A DNA stretch of 64,000 nt from the IMG/VR virus record IMGVR_UViG_3300007644_000002, positions 18,715-82,714 of that record; one strand, 5' to 3'. Positions 39,034 through 48,400 of the stretch are shown piece by piece. Source of the stretch: a virus. The notes beneath the pieces were generated by a model. The model made no database searches. It worked only from the letters and a program-made list of their open reading frames with translations, and was not told the origin of the DNA. The stretch's first letter is position 1; each line of letters opens with the position of its first letter. The position numbers were made by a program, and so were the translations under genes.

Positions 39034-41295
39034 CTAGTTAACTAAAGTTCCATTTATATCGTAAATATTAACTCTATAATATGAACCATGTTGCCCGTCG
39101 AGTTGGTCTGCATCTGTCGCAGTGTCCGCATTACCTTGTAGATTACCTACAAAAGTCGCAGCTGTAACAGATGAGAAGGTTACATCATCCGAACTGTCAA
39201 TACCGAATTCACCTGTAGATGGGTTGAATGATAACCCATTAGACACAGATAATGATTGTCTTACACGTTCTTCTGTAAGGTATAAGTTATTAACGCCTTC
39301 TTCTATAACATCTGTTGTGGCGTTAGCGTCTAACTTTTGATTAATCCAGTTTTGTACTGTTCCGATAAAGTCGGAGTCGTCACCTAAGGCTGCCGATATT
39401 TCATTCAAAGTATCAAGTACTTGAGGCGCGCCATCGATAAGATTTGATATAGCAATACTAATTGCGCTGTCGGTGTATGTTACCGCAGCGGCGTCTGCCG
39501 TTATTAAGGCGGCAGATATAGCAGAGTTAGTGTAGTTCTCTAAAACCAGTTGAATGTTTGATACTGAACTGTCGGTATAAACGTTTGCTGAGTTTAGTGT
39601 TAGTAAGACTGCCGAGTCTGTATATAGTTCAGTATAATCTTTAGCTAATTGAAGATTTATAACATCTTGACTTTCTGCGTAGTCATTTGCTGATTGTAAT
39701 GTAATCGCATCATTTGAAGACGCATAAGATTTTGCTAATACTAGAGTGTCAGAGTCTTGTTCTACAGCATAAGATTTAGCAGCGAGCAATACGACCGATG
39801 CCGCAGAGTCTGCCGCAGAGTGCGCGTACAACTCGCTATAGGTCTTAGTCGCAATAGTATTATCTACTGAGATGACACCTGTCGCAGAGCTGTAGTCAAT
39901 ACCAGAACCCCCTGACAAGGCCTCCAGTACATTCTGTGGTATTACAGATACGGGTACTGGAAAATTAGACCGTACAGGAGATGTACCACCAAACTGAAAA
40001 TCATATGTAGTGTTAACATTACCAGTAATTTCATTACCATAGTATTTTATTACTACACGGTCAGTTGCGGTGAAATCAGTTGCTGGTAATAACGCATCTG
40101 CGTAAAACTCACCATAAGTATCTAGAGAAATTTTGCTTGTGGTTGATGAAGTAGATAATAAAGTCTCTACACCAGCAGCACTTCTTTTATATACTTCGAA
40201 ATAGAATGATGCTGAACCGCCAGAGCCATCTGGATTAACTCTCACGTTACCAACAGTATGAATGTTAATAACACCAGTGTTACCTATTAATACACCCTGT
40301 TCCGTAGCAAGTGACGCAATCAACTGATCGGCCCCAGATATGGTTCCAGTGTTGATATCTACAGCAACGGCATTAAAATCTGAGTCACCGATAGAAGTGA
40401 CCATCTTCGTGTATATACCGTCAACAGCAATAGTAGTGGTCGTTGGATATAATACAATAGAGGCGTTAAGGGCAGAAATGTCTAGTTTGGTACTATGTAG
40501 TTCATCAATCGCATCCTGAACGTTGGTAGCAATCATGTCACTATCAGGTACATAAGATACGGAGGCAGCACTTATATTCAGTGCTTCAACAAATCCAGTG
40601 TCAACCTCAGTATTGATGGTATTAATAACATCCGCTAGAGTAACAACAGATTCGCCATTAAGACGGAAGTCGCCGAATATATTTACTCCAGCACTATCAA
40701 CATCAATACGGTCACTATCGCGGTATTGGATCTTTAAATCCCCACCGTTGTAACCAAGATGTTTTAAAATCGTGTTGGTACCATTATGATAGAACTTAGT
40801 CTCTTCATCGGTACCAACGGTAAACGAAAATCCATCGTCTAGTATGAGGTCTGCGTCAATGGACGCACCGTCTGAGTTATATGCCGCAACTTGAACTACT
40901 TGATCTACGCCAATAGGAAAGGCGAAGGTTATAGAGGAACCATCAGCTGCTGTATAGTCTATACCTTGGTGTAGTAAAACACCGTTGAGGTATACTTGAA
41001 TTCTTCGGGGGGAAGCAAGGTCGTATGAAAGATAATTTCCGTAATCGTCTGCTCCGGAGAGCGTCAATAGCGTTCCGTCAGACGTGTAGATATACGTATT
41101 GAAAGTACTTACTAAGCCGGATCGTGCGTCACCACCGACTTCAATAACCTGTTCAATACCATCGTACTGTCTTTTTAAGTACAGTTTACCATCTGCGGTG
41201 TTTACTGCTAACTCACCGAGGTTCAACTGCTCTATCGTTGGGACGTTGCCTGCGACAGCACTTCGTCTTAAACGAATATCTACGTTACGTGCCAA
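39034..41295 (-). CDS. tail-fibre-like virion protein
   Basis: IRLRRS..GNVP...L.LGELAVNTADGKLY N-terminus, VYLNGVLL module, LDTLNEISAALGDD, C-terminal YYRVNIYDINGTLVN. Confidence 0.7.
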   Translation of the reverse strand: MARNVDIRLRRSAVAGNVPTIEQLNLGELAVNTADGKLYLKRQYDGIEQVIEVGGDARSGLVSTFNTYIYTSDGTLLTLSGADDYGNYLSYDLASPRRIQVYLNGVLLHQGIDYTAADGSSITFAFPIGVDQVVQVAAYNSDGASIDADLILDDGFSFTVGTDEETKFYHNGTNTILKHLGYNGGDLKIQYRDSDRIDVDSAGVNIFGDFRLNGESVVTLADVINTINTEVDTGFVEALNISAASVSYVPDSDMIATNVQDAIDELHSTKLDISALNASIVLYPTTTTIAVDGIYTKMVTSIGDSDFNAVAVDINTGTISGADQLIASLATEQGVLIGNTGVINIHTVGNVRVNPDGSGGSASFYFEVYKRSAAGVETLLSTSSTTSKISLDTYGEFYADALLPATDFTATDRVVIKYYGNEITGNVNTTYDFQFGGTSPVRSNFPVPVSVIPQNVLEALSGGSGIDYSSATGVISVDNTIATKTYSELYAHSAADSAASVVLLAAKSYAVEQDSDTLVLAKSYASSNDAITLQSANDYAESQDVINLQLAKDYTELYTDSAVLLTLNSANVYTDSSVSNIQLVLENYTNSAISAALITADAAAVTYTDSAISIAISNLIDGAPQVLDTLNEISAALGDDSDFIGTVQNWINQKLDANATTDVIEEGVNNLYLTEERVRQSLSVSNGLSFNPSTGEFGIDSSDDVTFSSVTAATFVGNLQGNADTATDADQLDGQHGSYYRVNIYDINGTLVN

Positions 41296-41379
41296 TGTTG
41301 GCTTCCTCTTTCACTCGACCTTATATAAGGCGACTAGCTAAAACCATAAAATATATGATCTACTTAATGCTTATTTATA

Positions 41380-42690
41380 TCAATAAGTTCCACCGTCTAA
41401 ATGCGTAATGGTTACCGCGCCTGCGTTTAACGCAAACTGGGCAGAGTCGAAAGATGCGACACCCGCATTAGAGTTTGTTGCTAATTCCGCAGCAATGATT
41501 AATTCATTGGTTTCATCGGAATATGTTAGATCAATACCTTCGCCAGCAGTTAAGAGGTTAGCAACTTTATCATCGATGAATTCACCGATCTCTACATCAT
41601 TAATAGATAGTGGAGCAAGAACATTAAGTCCTTTGTCGATATCTATCTGGTCTTTGGATGCGTTGTATACTATTGATACATCAGCACCCGCAATAAAGAT
41701 ACCAGCACCATCAGCTTCTGCTGGGGTGGATGCTTCATCAGCAAGAGTAAGTGTAAGGTCATTAACCGACATTACTGTCGAGTTAATTATTGTCTGGGTA
41801 CCTTGAACAACAAGGTCACCACGGATTACTAATGTACCACCGTCCGAATCTGTCGGAGCAGGGTCAATGTATAGGGTGTTGGAACTATCAGTAGAAGATA
41901 GTGTGTTACCTGTTAGTTTTAGGTTACCAACTTCTATTGAATTGAGGTCAAGAACATTAGGTTCTAGTGAAACATTGACAGTGTTTGTTGCTGTGTCATA
42001 TGCTACATTGACGTTATCAGAACCACTAAACGTTAGGTCTGAATCCAACAGAGAAATACTGTCGCCATTTACTGTTAGGTTAGTACCAATATTTACAGTA
42101 CTAGCCGCAGTAATACGACCGTCTGAATCAACAGTAAAGGTTGGGATTTCAGTCTGAGAACCGTAGTCTCCCGCAGTAACTCCAGTGGGTACCAGACTAA
42201 CTGTTAACGAGTTAGCATCTGAGTCCGCAAGGGTAGTAATACCACGACCACCGGCAAAGGTGATTGCTTCGGTTGCTAGGAAAATACTACCAGAACCACT
42301 GTCACCAGAGAATAAGAAGTTAGACCCCAACTCTTGCGCAGATAGTATCCCGTCAACGTATGCTTTGTTTGTTACATGACTGGGATCAGTTGGGGTTCCT
42401 ACCTTTAAAAAGTCTACCGCACCGTCTGAGTCGACGATGAGCGCTTTGTTAGGTAAGTTACTACCATACTGCGCAGCACCTTCACCGTGTAATAGGTTGA
42501 CGTAATACGCACCACCTATGACGGTATGGTTGACCGCATCTTCGTTTGTTTCTGTGCCAGTGCCAATATATAATCGATCACCACCATTCGCCCCATTATT
42601 TGCTAGATATGAATAGGCGAGTTCACCCTGTGCGAGGACAGATGGATTCCCCGCTACACCGGAACGTTTAATTCTTATTATTGACGCCAT
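41380..42690 (-). CDS. fibre-like virion structural protein
   Basis: IRIKRS....P..LAQGELAYS N-terminus, GVTAGDYGS..IPTFTVDSDGRITAA module, ends LDGGTY. Confidence 0.7.
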   Translation of the reverse strand: MASIIRIKRSGVAGNPSVLAQGELAYSYLANNGANGGDRLYIGTGTETNEDAVNHTVIGGAYYVNLLHGEGAAQYGSNLPNKALIVDSDGAVDFLKVGTPTDPSHVTNKAYVDGILSAQELGSNFLFSGDSGSGSIFLATEAITFAGGRGITTLADSDANSLTVSLVPTGVTAGDYGSQTEIPTFTVDSDGRITAASTVNIGTNLTVNGDSISLLDSDLTFSGSDNVNVAYDTATNTVNVSLEPNVLDLNSIEVGNLKLTGNTLSSTDSSNTLYIDPAPTDSDGGTLVIRGDLVVQGTQTIINSTVMSVNDLTLTLADEASTPAEADGAGIFIAGADVSIVYNASKDQIDIDKGLNVLAPLSINDVEIGEFIDDKVANLLTAGEGIDLTYSDETNELIIAAELATNSNAGVASFDSAQFALNAGAVTITHLDGGTY

Positions 42691-42966
42691 TTAGTATTGA
42701 CCCCCATTGATCACTTGTTTGTCTAAAAGTTTTTGAGCGTGCCACTTTTCATCAGTGCCGTGGTACACTAGAACATCTCCATCCTCTGGATGTGGAGATT
42801 CAAAATTAATGTCAGAAAGTCCACCGATACTACTTCCAGTAGCAGTGACTCTCTGTACAGGTCTACCTAAAGTAACTCTTTTAACTTGAGTACCAGAACT
42901 AGTGGAGGCACTCGTATTAATATGAGTTGTGCCGCCATTAGATATAGAAACTTTGCGAATAGGCAT
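42691..42966 (-). CDS. small structural protein
   Basis: GLSDIN...DGDVLVY...KW fibre-type module, ends INGGQY. Confidence 0.6.
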   Translation of the reverse strand: MPIRKVSISNGGTTHINTSASTSSGTQVKRVTLGRPVQRVTATGSSIGGLSDINFESPHPEDGDVLVYHGTDEKWHAQKLLDKQVINGGQY

Positions 42967-42972
42967 GTATGT

Positions 42973-43329
42973 TTACCTTGTTACCGAAGGAGATACTTTA
43001 ATTTTCCCCTCTAAAATACGCTCTACTACGGGATATCCGTTCGCATCGATATAGGTTATTTCGACATCATACACGTACCTACCACGGGTAGATAGGGCAT
43101 CAGTCTGCTCATTTGTGAGGGATAATACTAGGATACCGTCGGATGACGGGTCAGCGACCATCGCAGAGAACTCGATAGTGTCTTCGTCTTTACTGTTGAA
43201 GTTCCGCTTCATTTTGGCGGATACAGTATAAGCACTTAAATCTTTCACAGAACCATCAGCTTCAGTAAGCTCTATCTGAAAAGCAATATCTGTGCCTTGG
43301 TCTATTGTAAAATCTTCGTAAGCTGCCAT
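42973..43329 (-). CDS. small virion protein (BppU-N/Ig-like fold possible)
   Basis: IDQGTD, DLSAYTVSAKMKR, LSLTNEQT, GRYVYDVEI, RILEGKI.VSPSVT. Confidence 0.65.
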   Translation of the reverse strand: MAAYEDFTIDQGTDIAFQIELTEADGSVKDLSAYTVSAKMKRNFNSKDEDTIEFSAMVADPSSDGILVLSLTNEQTDALSTRGRYVYDVEITYIDANGYPVVERILEGKIKVSPSVTR

Positions 43330-43337
43330 CCCTAAAA

Positions 43338-43388
43338 CCTCAGATTGTATTAGTAAAATTATCTAGTACTATTTATAACAATCTGAGG
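43338..43388 (-). promoter_or_regulatory. late promoter inside an RBS-sequestering inverted repeat
   Basis: CCTCAGATTGT (43388-43378), TATAAATA (43377-43370), ACAATCTGAGG (43348-43338), the last containing the GAGG RBS of the 43329 start. Confidence 0.7.
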
Positions 43389-43412
43389 CCTTAAGAATTA
43401 GCAAATCATATT

Positions 43413-44123
43413 TTATTCAGCAGACGCAATGTCTTCCAATACTAGATCACGTAGAGCATCTGAACCATCAGTAGTATCAAATACATAAGATACTGTACAA
43501 CGCCAGTCAGTATCGGCAGCAGCTGCGTGATAAAGAAGGGTTTCTGGTTCACGGTAGTGTCCGAAGTATGCGGCTTTACAAGTCCACACGCCGGGCTTGT
43601 CTTGGCAACGAACAACTTCCTTAGTTTCAGGATGAATGTAATCAAAGTAACCAGAACCATCTCCAGAATAAGAGAAGATTAGGTTGAAGCCCGGAGCGTT
43701 AGCATTATTGTGCCAAGAGATATATCCGCCTGGCGGGTATACTGCGCACAATGCGTTATGTTTAACTGATAAGAAGTTCATCATCCTATCATTCAACTCA
43801 CCTAGGTGTCTAGTGAGGTCTCTTTTAAAGATAGGGTCAGCATCACCCTCAAACATTGAGTGAGCCCGTTCGGATAACTTGAAGTTATATCCTACTAGTT
43901 GGTCAGGGAACCCTTCATGAGCAGTCTTCTGGTCAAGAATTTCGTTCATATATGGCGCGCCGACGTAGTAACTACGCTGGCGAATATGTTCTGCTCCATT
44001 CAAGTGGCAGTTCTTTTCAAAACCAGCCCAAGTATGAAGTTTAGCATATTCCCCAAGTATCTCCAGAAGTTCTGGATTATTAACGTCGATATGCTTTAGA
44101 TATTGGTCGTTTACCTGTGTCAT
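43413..44123 (-). CDS. 2OG-Fe(II) oxygenase-like protein
   Basis: YPPGGYISWHNNANA, LYHAA.....R; paralog of 15688..16335. Confidence 0.6.
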   Translation of the reverse strand: MTQVNDQYLKHIDVNNPELLEILGEYAKLHTWAGFEKNCHLNGAEHIRQRSYYVGAPYMNEILDQKTAHEGFPDQLVGYNFKLSERAHSMFEGDADPIFKRDLTRHLGELNDRMMNFLSVKHNALCAVYPPGGYISWHNNANAPGFNLIFSYSGDGSGYFDYIHPETKEVVRCQDKPGVWTCKAAYFGHYREPETLLYHAAAADTDWRCTVSYVFDTTDGSDALRDLVLEDIASAE

Positions 44124-44848
44124 ACGATTGGTGTGTCCTTATTTAAACCAGCAGAGAAGTGACGTAAAATCACGGGCCCTGTCTCAGGTTTAGTTCTTGC
44201 CCAGTTGAAGGCATTGTAATAATTCCATCTCAAGTCGTCATCGAAGATACCAACTTTGAGATCCTTATATTTTTCTTCTTTCTCGGTCAACCACCAGAGG
44301 GAGAACTGATCCCAAGACTTTAGAGAATCAATATAACCTTCGGGCCACCAAGTATCATTCATTTGCTTGTATGTTAAATCCCACCAATCCTGCATAAATT
44401 CGCGGACGATTGGTTTAGTCATATCATACAAACATACCCCACCACAAAGAGTAAATTTAGCCATACCTTCTGGTGTGGAGAAATCACGTTCCGCATAAAT
44501 GTAGTCGCGATCATCAGTCAGTTCAGAGAATACCACATCGTAGTCTTTCATCTCATCCCATACCTTGATGATGTCTTCGTGCTCACATTCCATGTCAGCA
44601 TCAATATACATTGTTATGTCATATGGCGAACGTGCCATACCCCATAACTTAGCACGATAATGGTTGTCGCAGATAATAACATCATCGGCAACATCATAAC
44701 CACGTTCGTCAATATATTTTTCTTCTGTCACGAGACAGATTTTACAATCCTCATAGAAGTCTCTTAGACTTTCTGCGAGGTTAAGAGCATACAAATAAAA
44801 GTTAGGTTTATTTGATGCTACAATTACGAACCCTTTGGTCTTCTCCAT
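44120..44848 (-). CDS. glycosyltransferase (GT-A fold, GT8/nucleotide-diphospho-sugar transferase-like)
   Basis: RAKLWGM..SPYD.TMYIDADM, GGVCLY, WDQFSLW, RWNY. Confidence 0.75.
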   Translation of the reverse strand: MEKTKGFVIVASNKPNFYLYALNLAESLRDFYEDCKICLVTEEKYIDERGYDVADDVIICDNHYRAKLWGMARSPYDITMYIDADMECEHEDIIKVWDEMKDYDVVFSELTDDRDYIYAERDFSTPEGMAKFTLCGGVCLYDMTKPIVREFMQDWWDLTYKQMNDTWWPEGYIDSLKSWDQFSLWWLTEKEEKYKDLKVGIFDDDLRWNYYNAFNWARTKPETGPVILRHFSAGLNKDTPIV

Positions 44849-45297
44849 TACTCAGTCCCTTCCAGAGATTCCTGTAGAATGAGAATAGAGTACAAGTCTA
44901 CTTCGATACGAGACTTCGCACGACGTAACTTTCCTTTTAATTTGCGGTTCTTAGAGGCTTTAATCTCATCAACCTCAAATGCTTCTAATTTATAATTGAA
45001 GAGTTTCTCTAACTTACGCGCCTTCTGGTGTTCTAGTTCGCGCTGCTTTTCTTCTTCTTGCTCGGCATTTTTGCGTGTTACCCGATTAGTTGTTTCTTTA
45101 TCAATGTTATCTTCACCTACAGACCCGATGACTTCATCAAACAACTCATTTGGATTACCGTCTTTATCTACACGGTTCAGTAACATTACTTGCCTTGTTA
45201 CTCTTCCAACATCATCTTCCATTTCTAGGATACAGTTCAACTTATCTTTTGCGTCTGTTTCCCAAAAAGCATTGTCCATCCACTTTCTGTAACTCAT
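44848..45297 (-). CDS. hypothetical protein, charged/helical
   Basis: 149 aa, coupled to the glycosyltransferase start; own sigma70 promoter upstream. Confidence 0.7.
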   Translation of the reverse strand: MSYRKWMDNAFWETDAKDKLNCILEMEDDVGRVTRQVMLLNRVDKDGNPNELFDEVIGSVGEDNIDKETTNRVTRKNAEQEEEKQRELEHQKARKLEKLFNYKLEAFEVDEIKASKNRKLKGKLRRAKSRIEVDLYSILILQESLEGTE

Positions 45298-45390
45298 CTA
45301 TTCATTCTCCAAAAGGGGTATTAAATTCAATTCAGTATTATATATGATAAAAATAAGTGGGCCATTTCTGACCCACCCAATTTATTAACC

Positions 45391-45419
45391 ATTATACACT
45401 AATATCAGTCTGTTGTCAA
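45391..45419 (-). promoter_or_regulatory. consensus sigma70 promoter for the hypothetical-GT-oxygenase cluster
   Basis: TTGACA (45419-45414)-17 nt-TATAAT (45396-45391). Confidence 0.75.
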
Positions 45420-45422
45420 ATA

Positions 45423-48400
45423 TTATGCGGTTCTTACATATAAAGTATATGCTTCAACTGTCGAGTAAGACGATTGAATTGTGGTACCAACATAATCACC
45501 AACAAATGCGCGAGAGTAATTACCAGCAAAGTCTCTTGAGTAATTACCAGTGAAGTCACGAGCATAGTCACCAGTGAAGTCGCCAGCATATGATGATGTA
45601 CGAACCCGAGTGTAATCAGCAGAGTATGCTGAAGTACGTAGTCGCGAGTAAGCAGACACTCGAACTCGGCTGAAAGTATCAGTTGAGTTACGAGTATATT
45701 CACCTAAGAATCCACGAGTGTAATTACCAATGAAGTTACCGGCGTAAGCAGAAACACGGTTACGGATATAGTTGCCCGCAAATGTTCTTGCGTAGTTACC
45801 AGTAAAGTCACCTACGAATTCAGTTGTGTACGCACCGGCATATTCGCCAGCAAATGTTCTTGCGTAGTTACCTGCGAAATCGCCTGCGAAATCACGAGTA
45901 TAGTTACCAGCGTAGTCTCGTGAGTAGTTACCCGCAAATGTTCTTGCGTAAGTACCAGCGTATTCACCCGCAAAATTGCGTGAGTAAACACCAGTGTATT
46001 GACCAGAGAATCCACGTGAGTAAGTACCAGTATATTCACCAACGAATCCACGTGAGTAAGTACCAGCGTATTCGCCTACAAAACCACGTGAGTAAGTACC
46101 AGTATATTCACCAACGAATCCACGAGAGTAAGTACCAGTGTACGACGATGGACGTGTACGGGAATAAGTCTCTACACGAGTTCTTGAGAAGTCACGAGCA
46201 TAGTTACCAACATAAGAAGTAGCATACGCACCAGTGTATTCACCCGCAAAATTACGTGAGTAAGTACCAGCATAAGCAGAAACACGAGTACGGGCATAAG
46301 CAGAAACACGAGTTCTCGCGAAATCACGACTATAGTTACCAGTATAAGAGGTAGCATATACGCCAGTATATTGTCCAGAGAAACCGCGTGAGTAAGTACC
46401 AGCATATTCGCCAGCGAAACCACGAGAGTAAACTCCAGTATATTGACCAGAGAAGTCACGTGCGTAGTTACCGACGTAGTTACCCACAAAGTCACCGACG
46501 TAATTACCGGCAAAGTTACCCGCGTAGTTACGAGCATATTCGCCAGCAAATGTTCTTGCGTAGTTACCCGCAAAGTCACCGGCAAAGTCAGTTATACGAT
46601 CACGAGTGTATGCGCTACCACGAGTACGGGCATAAGCAGAAACACGAGTACGGGCATAAGCAGAAACACGACTACGTGTAGATGTACGAGTATATTCACC
46701 AACGAAGTCACCAGCAAAGTCACCTGCGAAGGCACGAGCATAGTTACCAACGTAGTCGCCAGTGAAAGTAGTTGCGTAGTTACCAATATAGTTACCGGCA
46801 TAGTCACCCGCAAAGCCGCGAGCATAGTTGCCAACGAAGTCACCAGTGAAAGTAGTTGCGTAGTTACCGACGAAGTTTCCTGCGAAGTTAGTTACACGAT
46901 CACGAGCAAAGTCACCAACATAGTTAGTAACACGTGTACGAGCAAAGTCACCAACATAGTTAGTAACACGTGTACGAGCAAAGTCACCAACATAGTTGGT
47001 GATGCGTGTACGAGTAAAGTCACCCACGTAAGGAGTAACACGTGTACGAGAGTATGCTGATGGACGAGTACGTGTTGATGTACGTGTTGATGTACGAGCA
47101 TATTCACCAACGAAGTCACCAACGTAATTACCGACGAAGTCTCTTGCGTAGTTACCAACGAAGTCGCCAGCATAACCACGAGCATAGTCACCAATGTAGT
47201 CGCCAGCGTAGTATCCAACACGAGTATAATAGCCGGTAGCAGTAAAATCAGTCACGCGGTCACGTGTGTAATCTTCATTCGCAGCACGAGCACGTGTGTA
47301 ATCTAATGTTGCGGCACGAGCACGTGTGTAATCTAATGTTGCGGCACGATCACGTGTATATGTTTCTGTTGCGGCACGAGCACGTGTGTAATCAACGGTA
47401 CGCGTATAGTTACCGGTATACACTGGGGTACGAGTATAGTACTCTGCTGCAGATACGAGACGGGTACGAGTATAATCAACTGTTGCTGTTGATGTACGAG
47501 TATAAGAAGTAATGAAGTACCCTGTTACACGCGTGTAGTACACAGTCAGGGTGTAGAACTGCCAATATCCTTGATATCGCGCATAAGTTCCGGCAGTGCG
47601 TGAGTAAGCCGCCGTCGCCGCGCTTGAACGACTATAGTTACCAATATAAGATGTCGTACTAGTATAGTTACCCATATAAGATATCATGGTATTGTATGGG
47701 TTTGAATAACGGACATAGTCTCCGATAAATGAGGGAGCACGAGTGTATGTATCAACTCTAGTATAGTTACCAGTATATGTTACGGGACGACTATAGTTAC
47801 CAGTGTATGTTACGCCACGAGTATAGTTACCAGTGTATGTTACGCCACGAGTATAGTTACCAGTGTATGTTACAGGTCGGAGATAGTTACCGACAAAGTT
47901 TCCTGCGTAATACAATACACGAGTATAAGCTAGCGTACGAGTTGAAGTCTGAATTGCATTACGAGCGTAAGCTGAGTAACGAGTACGTGTAGAAGTACGT
48001 GCGTAAGCAGAACCACGGGTACGAGTATAATCAGTTATGCGAGTACGGGCATAATTACCTACGAAGTCACCAGCATAGTCGCCGACATAGTTTCGGGCAT
48101 AATCACCTACAAAGTCACCAGTAAAGGTAGTAGCATAATTACCTACGAAGTCACCAGTAAAGGTAGTCGCGTAGTTACCTACGAAGTCGCCAGTAAAGGT
48201 AGTCGCGTAGTTACCTACGAAGTCACCAGTAAAGGTAGTAGCATAATTACCTACAAAGTTACCCGCAAAGTTAGTTACACGATCACGAGCAAAGTCACCA
48301 ATATAGTTAGTGATGCGTGTTCTGGCGTAAGCTGAATAACGAGTTCGTGTTGAAGTTATGGTAGAATCGCGAGTAAAGTCACCAACATAGTTAGTGATGC

